This document shows positions 11,834 through 24,156 of a DNA stretch of 64,000 nt, one piece after another (the first letter of the stretch is position 1; each line of letters opens with the position of its first letter). This DNA comes from Octopus sinensis (taxonomy: Eukaryota). Where the stretch lies: NCBI RefSeq assembly GCF_006345805.1, contig NC_043002.1:73656001-73720000 (forward strand). The letters are read 5' to 3'. Below the pieces are notes generated by a model. It had not been told where the DNA came from and ran no database searches. It was given only the letters and a program-made list of their open reading frames with translations. A program made the translations under genes and the position numbers.

Positions 11834-12112
11834 GCACTATATATGCGTTCTTCACTTGTTTATTACTGTTCTTATTCTAACTTGTGTCCATTGTCTGGAA
11901 ATCTTTTGTCACACATCTGTGACCTCTTCATCAACACTTTCCATCCTCATGTGTGCTCCTGCTCCGCTTAGTCCATTCTGTTCTCTTATATGAACAGGTC
12001 ACATTTCCTGTTGTATGAACAGGAAATATTTGTGTGACAAAATATTTCCGGACAATAGACATGAGTTAGAATAAGAACAGTAATAAATGAGTGAAGAACG
12101 AATATATAGTGC
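11834..12112. repeat. Palindromic MITE-like element (~80-bp inverted arms 11834-11915 / 12030-12112)
   Basis: gcactatatat..gttcttcact..tttattactgttcttattctaac..tgtcacaca is mirrored by tgtgtgacaa..gttagaataagaacagtaataaa..gtgaagaac..tatatagtgc. Related sequence at 24930-25140. Confidence 0.8.
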
Positions 12113-12438
12113 ATGCATTTATTTGGCAAAAAAGGAATAAAAAATTACCATTCTGAAACAGAACATGATCTGTTTCAACACAGTTTCACATCAGGAATCT
12201 TGCAACACAAGTTCATAAACGTATATATATGTGTGTGTGTGTGTGTTGTATGTCTTGTAGCCTGTTTTTTCGTTGTTTAAAAAAATGTCCATTTCCACGG
12301 TTCTGCTTTTATGTTTTCGTTTCTCATTGTGTTCGTTTTTTTGATGTCCTGTACCCATATATGCATGTTTATATACATATAGATGTAGGTAGTACATATA
12401 TGTATGTATATATGCATATGTTTTATTTATTTTTTTGT

Positions 12439-12475
<37 letters not shown>

Positions 12476-12476
<1 letters not shown>

Positions 12477-12755
12477 CGTTGCCAGCCTCGCCTGGCCCCC
12501 TTGCCGGTGACACGTAAAAGCACCATCCGTTCATGGCCGTTTGCCAGCTCTGTCTGGCACCTGTGCGGGTGGCACGTAAAAAGCACCCACTACACTCACG
12601 GAGTGGTTGGCGTTAGGAAGGGCATCCAGCCGTAGAAACACTGCCAGATCTGATTGGGCCTGACGAAGCCTTCCAGCTTCACAGACCCCAGTTGAACCGT
12701 CCAACCCATGCTAGCATGGAAAACGGACGCTAAATGATGATGATGATGATGATGA
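12476..12755 (+). mobile_element. Short retroelement ending in a (TGA)n tail (RTE-type 3' end, family D)
   Basis: ..ggcacgtaaaaagcacccactacact..gttaggaagggcatccagcc..aacccatgctagcatggaaaacggacgctaaatgatgatg; same family as 25810-26240. Confidence 0.7.
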
Positions 12756-13189
12756 CAGGCTTTGTACAGTTTCTGTCTACCAAATTCACTCATTAAGCAT
12801 GGCTTAACACAGGTGTAACACAGAAGGACTCAACCTGAAACCATGTGGTTGTGAAGCAAACTTCTCACCCACACAGACAGACTGTGCCTCTACATCTACA
12901 TAATATTAGTTTGTCTTAGCAGTTAGCATTCATTTGCTACTTTCAGTTACTCCTCTGCAAATATGTGTCAAGGCACTAAAGTCACATGTTTGCAGAGTGG
13001 AAAATTTTATCGAGTTGACCTCCATACTTTGGGATGATGAAAGGCAAAGTTGACCCGAGTCAAATTTCAACTTTAAACATAGACTGACAGTCTGCTATTT
13101 CTGCCTCTACTCCTCTACTATCATATTATAATTAATATATTAACACCATAACATAATCTTCTTTTTTTTTTTTTTTTTTTGTTCTGCAG

Positions 13190-13284
13190 TATATACAGTT
13201 TTACTGAAACTACAGGACTCTAATTCGTCAGATTTTCCACGTCAAATCCGCAATATGCCAATGGCTTATTTCCTCTACTTACAG
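13190..13284 (+). CDS. VPS16: VPS16 exon F: (V)YTVLLKLQDSNSSDFPRQIRNMPMAYFLYLQ
   Basis: Long T-run plus ctgcag acceptor, gtgagt donor. 95 nt. Confidence 0.92.
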
Positions 13285-14110
13285 GTGAGTGTATTGGTAA
13301 ACCTTCATACACATTCTATCTCTGCCATAAGGTATATGAATGTAGTAAATTCATTACATTTGTAGTGAGTTTGTTTCAAATGAAACTGCTGACCAAATGC
13401 ACAATTATTAACCTTATTTACTAATTTCTTTTTTGTTTGTTTATGTGTGTATTTTTACTTTTGTTTCTTTCTGTTTGCAATATATTTATGGTTGGGCGCT
13501 TTCAGATAATTTGTGCCGTCCACTTTTCCATGCTTGCATGGAGGAGATAGAATTCAATGAGGTAAATTTTTTACAACTGGATGTCCTTCCTGTCACCAAC
13601 CCTTACTTGTTTCCAAGCAAGGTCATATTTCCCCATGCCAGACATGTTTTCAGAGGAGGTTGAAAACAAAAGACACTGCTTATAAGACAGTGGCACTTAC
13701 AATTACCAAATTTTATCAACACAAAGAGAGAGACACACATACACACATACCTACAAGTACATATACACATGATAAACTTCTTTCATTTTCCCTCTACCAA
13801 ATCTACTCACAAGTCTTTAGTCAGCCCATGTTTCTAGTAGAAGGCACTTGCCTAAAGTGCCATGCTGTGGGACTGAACTCAGAATCACTTTGTTGGGGAG
13901 CAAATTTATTAACCTCATGACCATGCCTGTGCCTCACAGACATGTCTGCGCCTATACTGGTTAAGAATTTTCTGGCAAGCGCAGGAGACAACTGCACACA
14001 AGTTTTGGTTTTATTCTGACCTCCTCAATGAAGTATAACCACCCCATACTTTACTTACCTAAGTAATTATGAATCAATCACTCTAATTTTGTTTAATTTT
14101 GTATTAACAG

Positions 14111-14215
14111 TATTGTCGAAAACAGAACCGCAAGGAACTTCAGAACATGTATTATACAGAAGATAACTATTTAGAAGATGGCTTATGTCACATAATTGAT
14201 AGCTTCACTTACGAA
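14111..14215 (+). CDS. VPS16: VPS16 exon G: YCRKQNRKELQNMYYTEDNYLEDGLCHIIDSFTYE
   Basis: attaacag acceptor, gtaagt donor. 105 nt. Aligns to the human FCKHQ..LYNQDD..HIRASY region. Confidence 0.9.
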
Positions 14216-14335
14216 GTAAGTATTGATTTGGTTTTAATTCTGACATATTTTTTAATTGATATTCATTTCTGAGTTCTTGATGCCAGCCTAGTGTGTGTGT
14301 GTGTGCATGTGCGTGCAAACGTACATACGTACATA

Positions 14336-15201
14336 CAGGGTGTGGTGAATATATTATCATCTAAATTATGCAAAAATGAAAATAACACTGACATCTCGTT
14401 TTAAAAGATATATTTACTAAAATTACATAAAAATATCTTGAAATACTAAAGAGTAAATTTATTCTATAAAATCGCCATTGGCTTCAACCATGGCCTCCAG
14501 ACGACTTCAAAATCTTCTGCAACTCTTCTGGACGGTCTCCTTGTTTAAGTTGGTGAATACTGCCATAATTCTTGCCTTCAGTTCATTTTTGGTGTTACAA
14601 GAAGTTTTGTTGGTCTCTCACTCAACTGCACCCCACACATAATAATCAAGGGGGTTGCAGTCTGGGGAATTAGGTGGCCAGATATTGGGGTGATGTGGTC
14701 GCAGAAATTGTCTGACAGCCATGACTATGTTCTCCTGCTTGTATGGCATGGTGCAGAGTCCTGTTGTCAGACATAGACTCTTCCAGCAGCCACCCTCTTA
14801 CCCAGGGCAGCACTATCTCCTCCAGGCATTTGATGTAGGCCTCCATGTTGAGTCTGAGGCTGTTATAACATCGCCATCACTAGTGATCACTCCAAACACC
14901 ATGATGTTGGTTGGATGTTTGATTTTTATCAAAAATCGGTACATGGTTTGGCAACACAGCAAGCCAACAGTTCTGTGTGTTCACCATTTGTTTATATTGG
15001 AGCTTCTAGCACAAATACCAAGCAGTATAACATGTTGTTTCCAAATTTCTGGCAGAGTGAATTGCATCATGGTGCTGTTTTTCTCACAGATGGTGCCCAA
15101 CTGACCTTACTATACTGTGTAGTCAACAAAATCAAAAATAAACAATGCACATGCATGAAATTTAAAATATAAAATGGCAACAATTTACCCGTCACACCCT
15201 G
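14336..15201 (-). mobile_element. Internally deleted mariner/Tc1-superfamily transposon
   Basis: TIRs CAGGGTGTG / CACACCCTG with TA at the left end. The minus strand encodes WPPNSPDCNPLDYYVWGAVE..NTKNELKARI..RLEAMVEANG, the C-terminal part of a DDD transposase. Confidence 0.85.
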
Positions 15202-15680
15202 CATGCATGTATGTGTGTATATATATATATTGATTAAAATTATATTTCAAAGTTACAAAAATTACAAGTTTTTTTAATTCTCCCAAAAAGCAATGAGTAG
15301 TTAATAGTTCAGAAGATGAACTTACCATATTTCCCAGCATAAAAGTTGAATTTTGTAAACCAAAATTTATAGCCAAAAAAAAGGTAAGTCAACTTATACA
15401 CCAAGATGGATTTGGAGGAATGACAATTCTGTGTGAAATGCAGTAGGATTTGTAAAGATGGTGGTGATGTCTGAATGTTTATGCTACATGTTTACATTCT
15501 ACACTACATCAACTTGCATTATGCTGAAGTTGAACTTTATCATAACTGACACTTGCAGCCAGCCTGCAGCAGCATAACAAGCTCAAAATAACTTTGCGAA
15601 GAAACTGCTAGATTAAATGTTTGGATTCATGCTAAAAATCATTTTCATTTATGTACAAATATATTTTATTGTTATTGCAG

Positions 15681-15758
15681 CGATTAGAGGACCGAATGTG
15701 TGCACTTAAGGATGCTGTGATTCGTTTTAATAAATCAAAAAATGAATTCATTACTAAG
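15681..15758 (+). CDS. VPS16: VPS16 exon H: RLEDRMCALKDAVIRFNKSKNEFITK
   Basis: ttgcag acceptor, gtaagc donor. 78 nt. Confidence 0.9.
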
Positions 15759-15942
15759 GTAAGCAACTTTTAATTTTGAAATTCAAAAAATACAAGCTCA
15801 TGTGTCATTGGAACTCAATCTTTCTCTTATTTGGGGACAGTATAATCCATGGTATACCAATTGAACGTATGGTTACAGCTGGAATGCCTTTGATCTGAGG
15901 TTGCTTGACCAGGGCTCACTTGTGTCTAAGCAACAGTTCTAA

Positions 15943-16274
15943 CCCTTTAACATTCAGATTACTCTGTCAAATGTAATGCTTATTTATTCACATTGTTTTG
16001 AATTAATCATGCATTATCTTGTAAGTTTGAGATTTTGATGATGTAATTGTTTTTCAAATAACATTTTAGGGTAGGTATGAAAAGCTGGATCTGGCTAGTT
16101 TGAACATAAAACAGAATATTTTGGCTAAATATGGTTGGTTTATATATAAAATAATGAAATTATTGTATACTGTGCTCAGGTGCACCACAACTTGTCAAAA
16201 GTGTGTATAAAGCATATGCAGTAATGTACAAATGTCTGGAAAGTGAACAGTGTATGAGTTTAAATCATAAAGGG
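15943..16274. mobile_element. piggyBac-like MITE (second family) containing a small internal insertion
   Basis: ccctttaacatt ... taaaggg followed by TTAA. The internal stretch 16140-16260 resembles 1390-1500. Confidence 0.6.
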
Positions 16275-16403
16275 TTAAATAATTGTTAAAAGTAGTACAA
16301 CAGGTTTTTATAGAAGTTTTGAAAATCTATTTGATAATAGATTTTACAATGTATTCACTGATGTGTCAAATCTTTTATTTATTATTGGCACTAACTCAAT
16401 CAG

Positions 16404-16573
16404 CAAACAGAAGAACAAATCAAGTTGCTGGATATGCAGCAGAAATTTGAAGAGGAATTTAACCGGCGTTATATTGACCTGACTTTACACGAGACAATAC
16501 ATCAATTGATTGTGGATGATAAGCTGAAACAAGCTGAGTTTATGCGAAAAACTTTTAAAGTTCCTGACAGAAG
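16404..16573 (+). CDS. VPS16: VPS16 exon I: QTEEQIKLLDMQQKFEEEFNRRYIDLTLHETIHQLIVDDKLKQAEFMRKTFKVPDR(R)
   Basis: ctaac branch point plus tcag acceptor, gtaaac donor. 170 nt. Confidence 0.93.
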
Positions 16574-17409
16574 GTAAACTCATGCATACTTGAAAAATAT
16601 TCTCTATATATTTTCGAATTCTGATATTCAGCTAAACATTCTTGTTAACTATGCTATGATATCTCGAGTATTATTTTGTTGTCATTTTTGCCCAAGTTCC
16701 TGTTGAATGTTGTTTTTCATATGTTCCTTTGAATGTACAGATAACAGAATATTGATTTCTTGCATATCAAATGTTATTGTTTCATTGAAGCCATTGGGCC
16801 TTACTCTAACTATAACTAATTGATACCTCTGAATAGAATAAACATGCTAATTTCTGTTGAATTATCTTTAATTAATCAACATTTGGTTGTTATTGAAAAA
16901 TTTACAAATTCCTCCAATAATGATACTCTGTATTTAACCAAGAAGAGTGTTTTAATACAAATATAACAGGAAAAAACATAATTGATGGGTATTATAACCT
17001 TATTAAATTCACTAACAGAAAGACTGCTAGTTTTCTACTACTTATTACCACTTGATAATATTTTCTCATTTGATTCCCAATTCTTATAATTTTTATGGTA
17101 TTTTAGGTCTAATTATTTCTTTGTATAATAGTGCTCACTTGCTTAATAAATATTGCTTTCATTATTTTATCACAGTCATAATCTCTCTTTTTTAAACAAA
17201 CATCAAGGTAGTCCAAATACATTTAGTGTGCAAAAAAATAGCAGTGATCACAGAGATATTTTAATACCTATAGTGTATCAAATTGCCATAGCAACAAACT
17301 CACTTGATAATTCTTAGATAATAGCAGAAAGGAAATAAGTCAAATGAGTTCAAAGCTTCATTAAGTGTTAATAAGTTGTCCAATATAATTGTTTTCTAGT
17401 ATTTTTTAT

Positions 17410-18340
17410 TCTTTTACCTGTTTCAGTCATTTGACTGCAGCCATGCTGGAGCACCACCTTTAGTCAAGCAAATTGACCCCAGGACTTATTCTTTGTAAGC
17501 CTAGTACTTATTCTTTCGGTCTCTTTTGCCGAACTGCCAAGTTACGGGCATGTAAACACACCAGCATCAGTTGACGGGGAACAAACACAGACATACAAAC
17601 ACACACACACACACACATATATATACATATAGATACAAAATAAGAAAATGGAGGAATACACCTTAATCAGTAATCAACTACCAGATAATACCCATTCACA
17701 TAATTTATTAACCAAATACATATGAACATCAAGGTCAAACACAATAATACAGAACAAAACAGTGCACATCAATGAGTAATATGATACAATAAGTACAATA
17801 CGTATAAATAAATAAATATAAATATAAACTATATTGTAATATATTACTCATTGATGTGCACTGTTTTGTTCTGTATTATTGTGTTTGACCTTGATGTTCA
17901 TATGTTGTTGGTTAATAAATTATATGAATTGGTATTATCTGGTTGTTGATTACTGATTAAGGTGTATTCCTCCATTTTCTTATTTTGTATTATGAATTTG
18001 TGGTAAAACATTTTACCTTCGCCCATATAATACAATAAATGAATTAATTGCATCGCAATTCTTAACATTTATGTATTAACTTTGTTGGGTGCTTTACTGG
18101 CAGTATATTGGATATTGTTATCCCATGGTGGGTTGCACTCACAACCCCTATCTCAATTTATACATATAGATATATATATGACGGGCTTCTTTCAGTTTCC
18201 TTTTACCAAATCCACTCACAAGGCTTTGGTCAACCCAAGGCTATAGTAGAAGACACTTGCCCAAGGTTCCACACAGTGCAACTGAACCTGGAACCATGTG
18301 GTTGGTAAGAAGCTACTTACCACACAACCACTCCTGTGCC
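17410..18340 (-). mobile_element. SINE family B split by a palindromic insertion
   Basis: Tail at 17410-17625 and head at 18180-18340, in the expected order. Confidence 0.75.
17633..18150. repeat. Long inverted repeat (arms 17633-17791 / 17832-17990) within a repeat also found at ~41790-42130
   Basis: atacaaaataagaaaatggaggaatacacc..gtgcacatcaatgagtaat is mirrored almost exactly. Confidence 0.9.
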
Positions 18341-19444
18341 GAGCATTTACACGGCAAATTTAAGTCAACAAAATACCTGATTTCCTCATCTGAAATAACG
18401 AAATAAAACATGAAATGAAAAAATTGCAATGAATATATATTTAAGTAAATTACTATTAATGAAAACAATTAGAGGTGGAAGAGAGAGAGAGAGAGTGAGA
18501 GTGAGAGACTGTGTTGCAAATGAAAATGAAAAATTTCGCCAGAACATATTAATATTGTTTATCAAATGGTGAAACCTACGCTGCAGTGATCGTAAAGCTC
18601 GGCAACAAATATTTAAATTTATGATATTAAATAATAAGAGATGCTTCAAACTGCCTTTTTATCGATATATATTAAGAGAAGAATTTATAAAAGTTTTCCA
18701 GAGAGTCAAACCTATAAAAGCTCATTAAAAACTATGTATATGAATTATTCAATAATAAAAGGAAGTTCAGAAAATAAATTTTCCTGAAAAGTTCAATTTA
18801 TAAAAAATTTCACTTGCTTAGTAAATATTTCTTTCGGTAATTTGTCGTAGTTGTAATATATATCTCTAATTTAAACAAACTTCAAGGTAACCCAACTATG
18901 TTTAGCATGCTAGAAATAGCAGCAATCACATAGTTATTATTGTAAGGCCTATAGCATTCCAAACAGCCATACCAACAAAATCACTCCTTAATTTTTTTTT
19001 TTTTTCAAATTATACCAGCATATTAAAAAATGTTCATTTCATCAAAAATATTCATTTAACAAACTCCAGAAACTGATATTATTCTTGAAATTGTGCCTTA
19101 TATCATAAACCTCAAAGTTATACAGCTATTTTGTCTATTAGCATTCATTCATTCATTCATTCAATAAATGTTTTTACATTATGTATATAGAATAAACTGT
19201 GGGTTTTGCAAATAGCAAATTAAAACTTGAAATAAAATCATTGAAATGAATATATATTGAATTATCATTAATGAAAATAGAGGTGAGAAAGAGTGAGAGA
19301 CTGTTGCAAATGAATAATATTGTTTATTAAAGATTAAAATCTACTTTGCAGTGAATGCAATAAATATTTAAATTTGTGAAAAACTTGTAGTTTAAATATT
19401 CAATAAACTTCAGAAATCAAAATTACAGAAAATTTCTTGGAACA

Positions 19445-19958
19445 TCTATATATATAAAACTGTAGTTGTGTGAGTGTCTGTCTCCTATGATTTAGATTCC
19501 TAACTCCTCCCACATTTTGCGGTGCAGTTTAACCAAATTCGGGTATCTTATAGTCGTGATTAATATCAAGCCCGTCTGGCTATTAGCGCGCGTCTACAAT
19601 GAGTCTACGATTTTTAAAATAATTTAACATCATTTTTTATTCCATTTTAATGCATAATTTTTCGTGTGTCGATGGCGGCGGAGTTGGCGTCCACGCTCAA
19701 ACACCTGCACCTGTGTTTGCTTCTCCCCCTTCTTCCCTCCCTCGTGAAGCTGTGGGGAAGGGAGTTTAAGGAAATCGTCGTAATGCGTTGTCAAGGAGAC
19801 CAGCGTTCTTTTAGAACAACGACTTCATGGCTTGAAGACACCAAAACAGAAATGGCTAAGAAAGCCCTAATTGGCATCTATAAAGGAAGTAACTCTCTAA
19901 AAATGCTTATATAGTTATTTCCATTACAAACCCGAGCAACGCCGGGTGATACTGCTAG
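19445..19958 (+). mobile_element. Non-autonomous Helitron-like element
   Basis: 5' TC (TCTATATATAT), 3' CTAG, subterminal hairpin CCCGAGCAACGCCGGG (19931-19946) 12 nt from the end. Inserted between A and T with no TSD. Confidence 0.8.
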
Positions 19959-20168
19959 TGAATGTATAAAAAAATTTCCTGACAATCAAACCTTTAATAA
20001 TTGCTTTCTTTTAGTAACCGTTACATACCTAATTAATAAGCAGCTTTCTCCTTTATAATATAAAAAAATTCACTAATATATTTAAATATGCTTACTGGTA
20101 ACTCTATTTTATTACTCATATTTCCCATTTTACGTATATTTTTCTCTTAATTTTTCATTTCTTGACAG

Positions 20169-20265
20169 GTTTTGGTGGTTAAAAATCAATGCCCTTGCAC
20201 AATCTCATTTATGGGGTGAATTAGACAAATTTTCCAGAACTAAAAAGCCACCCATTGGAATGGAG
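20169..20265 (+). CDS. VPS16: VPS16 exon J: (R)FWWLKINALAQSHLWGELDKFSRTKKPPIGME
   Basis: ttgacag acceptor, gtaaaa donor. 97 nt. Contains the WWLK and KKxPIG motifs. Confidence 0.94.
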
Positions 20266-20499
20266 GTAAAACACTGCTTCTTTATTTCTTTACTCTTTAC
20301 TCTTTTACTTGTTTCAGTCATGTGACTGTGGCCATGCTGGAATACCGCCTTTTGTCGAGCAAATCGACCCCAGGAGTTATTCTTTGTAAGCCTAGTACTT
20401 ATTCGATCAATCTCTTTTGCCAAACCGCTAAGTTACGGGGACGTAAACACACCAGCATCGGTTGTCAAGCAATGTTGGGGGGGACAAACACAAACACAT

Positions 20500-20552
<53 letters not shown>

Positions 20553-20849
20553 TTTATTATATAGAAGGAGCTTCTACAGGACTAGAACTGTTTCATTCAA
20601 GAGAAATCTTCAGGAAGCTAGTTAACAAGAATTGTATTGCCATTTATACATTTAGGCAGGTTTAAAGGGGTGTTGGTGGGGGACTTTTTGGGGGTAGGCA
20701 TAGCGCAAAATATCATACTTGGGGGAGTGGTCAAGGAGTCAGTGTTAAATTAGATAGAAGAATAAATAAAAAAATAAAAAAATATATAAAAATATATATA
20801 AAAAAATATATATAAAAAAAGGGAATAGAGTTTTAGGTAAATAAGGAGA

Positions 20850-21228
20850 TTCTCACTTATACCTATGCACATATGTATACATATATACACACACATACAA
20901 ACATATATACATATACACACACATATACACACACATACATATACATATATATACACTTACACATACATATACATATCTACACATACACATATATGTATAC
21001 ATACACACACTCACATGCATACACGTATACACACATGTATATATACACACACGACCACACATGCATATACACACAGAAAAATATATATACACATACACAC
21101 ACATACTCACATACACGCATACACACACATATCCACACACACATATGCACACACAGCACACTAGTCCCTATATACACATATATACACATACACACACATA
21201 TACACACACATACATATACATACATATA

Positions 21229-21282
<54 letters not shown>

Positions 21283-21330
21283 GTGTACCTATGCATACTA
21301 CGCATACACACATATATATACACATACAAA
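20850..21330. repeat. Compound (CA/TA/TACA)n microsatellite
   Basis: Seen directly; it is the source of the low-complexity H/T/I/Y and V/C/Y/M ORFs. Confidence 0.95.
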
Positions 21331-21629
21331 TACAGACCCATTCCCTAATTTTAATTTTATTATCTTCATTTATTACTTTTGTTATCTTTGATCGCTGGTC
21401 ACAAACATCTTGGCTATGACAGCCAGTCCATTTATCTGTCTACTGGAAAACAAGCACTCATTTACTCACGCACACTCTTTAGCACGTACACTCACTCATT
21501 CGCACACTCATACACATACACGCACGCACGCGTTATATTCATACATACATACATCTACATACATTCACGTATATACACATACGTACGCGTACCTACAGAT
21601 TCATGTCTACACTCTTAGAAGGCTAGTCT

Positions 21630-21729
21630 ATACATATACACCAATAAATATAAATACACACACATACATATACACCTACATACAAATACATACATGTATA
21701 TATATATATACATATATATACATATTCAC

Positions 21730-21762
<33 letters not shown>

Positions 21763-22023
21763 CATATATATATATATACATATACATACATATACATATA
21801 TACATATATATATATATACATATACACACACATACACATACATACATATACACACATACACATACATACGTATACATACATACATACATCCATACATCCA
21901 TACATACATACATTTATACACATACACACACCCACACGTATACATATACGTACATATATATACGCGCATGCATACACATACAAATACATACACATACGCA
22001 TATACATATACATACATACACAT

Positions 22024-22070
<47 letters not shown>

Positions 22071-22075
22071 TATAT
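21630..22075. repeat. Compound (TA/CA/TACA)n microsatellite
   Basis: Seen directly. Confidence 0.95.
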
Positions 22076-22832
22076 ACGACGGGCTTCTTTCAGTTTCCAT
22101 CTACCAAATCCACTCACAAGGCTTTGGTCAGCCCGAGGCTATAGTAGAAGACACTTGCCCAAGGTGCCATGCAGTGGGACTGAACCCAGAACCATGTGGT
22201 TGGTAAGCAAGCTACTTACCACATAGCCACTCCTACGCCTTTGTGAAAGACAAATTAAAAGAGTCTCTTATACATTTTATTTCACACTTTAAACTTGCAA
22301 ACATGTTGTGTAGTTAAGAAGTTTACTTCCCAACCACAAAGTTTCAGCTTCATTTGGGTCAGATAGATTTGTTGAGACAATTTTTTCTACAGTCAGATGG
22401 CCTTCCTTTTGCCTTCACCTATTTCCAAGCTGGGTGATCATTTCCCAGAGTAATGAAAACAAACAACACCACTTGTATGAAAACACTCATTTACATCTAT
22501 CGCATATCAAAACACACATGAACACAAATACTGTTTAATTTGTCTGTCATGCTGACTTGTCAATATTTTGTTGTGATCAAAGTGTTCAAATTTGAAAATT
22601 CAGGAAAAATAATTAAATCCACTATGGTTGCCATAATTTAGCCATCCAAAGTAAATGATACATCATTGAAACAAAAAGCTAACAGATAGAAGATATTTTC
22701 AAATATTCTGTTAGAATTTTCTTTTTATTTCTGACTGTTTGTTGATTTTTTAAAATTATTTAATCTACTTTTTTCCTTCAGTTTCTTTTAACATTTGTTC
22801 TCATTTGTTGTTTTAATTATTAATTTCCTCAG

Positions 22833-22936
22833 GCCTTTGTTGATGTGTGCATGAAACATAAAAATCCTGATGAAGCACGAAAATATATTCCACGGGTTCA
22901 TCCTGAAAATAAGGTCCGATGTTTATTGAAAACTGG
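22833..22936 (+). CDS. VPS16: VPS16 exon K: AFVDVCMKHKNPDEARKYIPRVHPENKVRCLLKT(G)
   Basis: ttcctcag acceptor, gtaagg donor. 104 nt. Confidence 0.93.
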
Positions 22937-23489
22937 GTAAGGATCACAATTTTCATGATCATCATCATCATTATCATTTAACATTTGTCCATATTCCATG
23001 CTAGTATGGGTTAGACAGTTTGACAGAATCCAATGGGTCTAAAGACAACATCAAGATCCAGTGTTCGTTTTAGCCTGTGGAAATATCTTCATGTGTTCTT
23101 CAGACCAGTGTATCCACTCTTAAAATTAAATTAATGGCTATAGAAATTCTAATAACGTGATTTGTCAAAGCTGGTACTTCACAAGCAATTACAGTATGGA
23201 AGACTCATTTTAGCCAATCAAAAAAATACAAATTTCACTTAGCTTCACTTAATTATTTATTATTTGGTGTCAAGAATTTTCTTTTAACTGTCAGCAACCT
23301 AATCACTGACATAATTCTACTGCAATTTCACTAAAACCTTTGAAACCTAATTATTCTTCTGAACTTATTTTACCACACCAGTTAACACACCACTGTTAAG
23401 TAAATTGTACACTTGTGTTTACTTTTCTTATGTTCTGGGATCTAATTTGCTTCTTACATATGACATTTTTGGTTTACCTTTTTCTGCAG

Positions 23490-23631
23490 GCAACTGAAAG
23501 AAGCTGCTGATGCTGCATTTGAGAATCGCAATGAAGACGAACTAAATATAGTGCTATCTAAATGTAGTACATCTAATCCAGGTTTGATGGAAAGGATTAA
23601 AGGATTAAAAGCTCAGTTGTCTAAAAAGTGA
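23490..23631 (+). CDS. VPS16: VPS16 terminal coding exon L: (G)QLKEAADAAFENRNEDELNIVLSKCSTSNPGLMERIKGLKAQLSKK*
   Basis: ctgcag acceptor, TGA at 23629-23631. The C-terminus resembles human ..AQAQKK. Confidence 0.93.
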
Positions 23632-23893
23632 TGTGTTCAGCCAACTTAACACCATAGCACTTTAACCTCTTTGCAAATTCATTTTGAAGCAATTCACATA
23701 ATCGAGAACACAGTTAAAATTTTAACAAGCCAAATTTTAAACTTATTTTCAGTTAAATGTTTAACTGATCCATCTTAAATGTTTACGAATCTTCATTTGA
23801 AAAAATATATTTTCCAAAACATTTTGTTCTCTTAAACAACTGTTCCAAATTATACTGACACACTCAGACATTGTTACTCAAGAATATTTCATT

Positions 23894-23899
23894 ATTAAA
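23894..23899 (+). promoter_or_regulatory. Candidate polyadenylation signal ATTAAA for VPS16 (another at 23999-24004)
   Basis: Variant hexamer about 260 nt after the stop codon. Weak evidence in AT-rich DNA. Confidence 0.25.
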
Positions 23900-24093
23900 A
23901 TATTTTATATGCTTGTCAAATAATTACAAGGAAACTAACTGTACAATGTCTATATTATAAATGACTTTTATACAGATAATTGGATTTTTTTTTTAACCAT
24001 TAAACTATTGATAAGTTACAATAATGACTTTAGCCAGCCAACTTATTCTTTCGTTCATCTGTTATTTTTTTAAGTTTTTGCTAAAACCAGTTA

Positions 24094-24156
<63 letters not shown>

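Larger units (their letters stand above)
20285..22240 (-). mobile_element. SINE family B whose tail (20285-20510) and head (22078-22240) are separated by ~1.55 kb of microsatellite-rich DNA
   Basis: Both halves match other family B copies and are collinear on the minus strand. Confidence 0.65.
343..23631 (+). other. VPS16: VPS16 gene model, 3' portion (12 coding exons, ~476 aa, C-terminal helical region); 5' exons lie upstream of the window
   Basis: join(343..465,1582..1709,3772..3916,4728..4862,6322..6430,13190..13284,14111..14215,15681..15758,16404..16573,20169..20265,22833..22936,23490..23631) keeps phase throughout. The peptide is collinear with remembered human VPS16 (SQKADE..AAGH..LLKAAx[40 protein letters not shown]..AIxSGDTDLV..VPDRRFWWLK..KKxPIG..). 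Confidence 0.95.

Noticed and set aside
20750-22206. Cluster of long overlapping ORFs (up to 244 aa) on both strands
   Set aside because: They are translations of CA/TA microsatellites, which lack stop codons.
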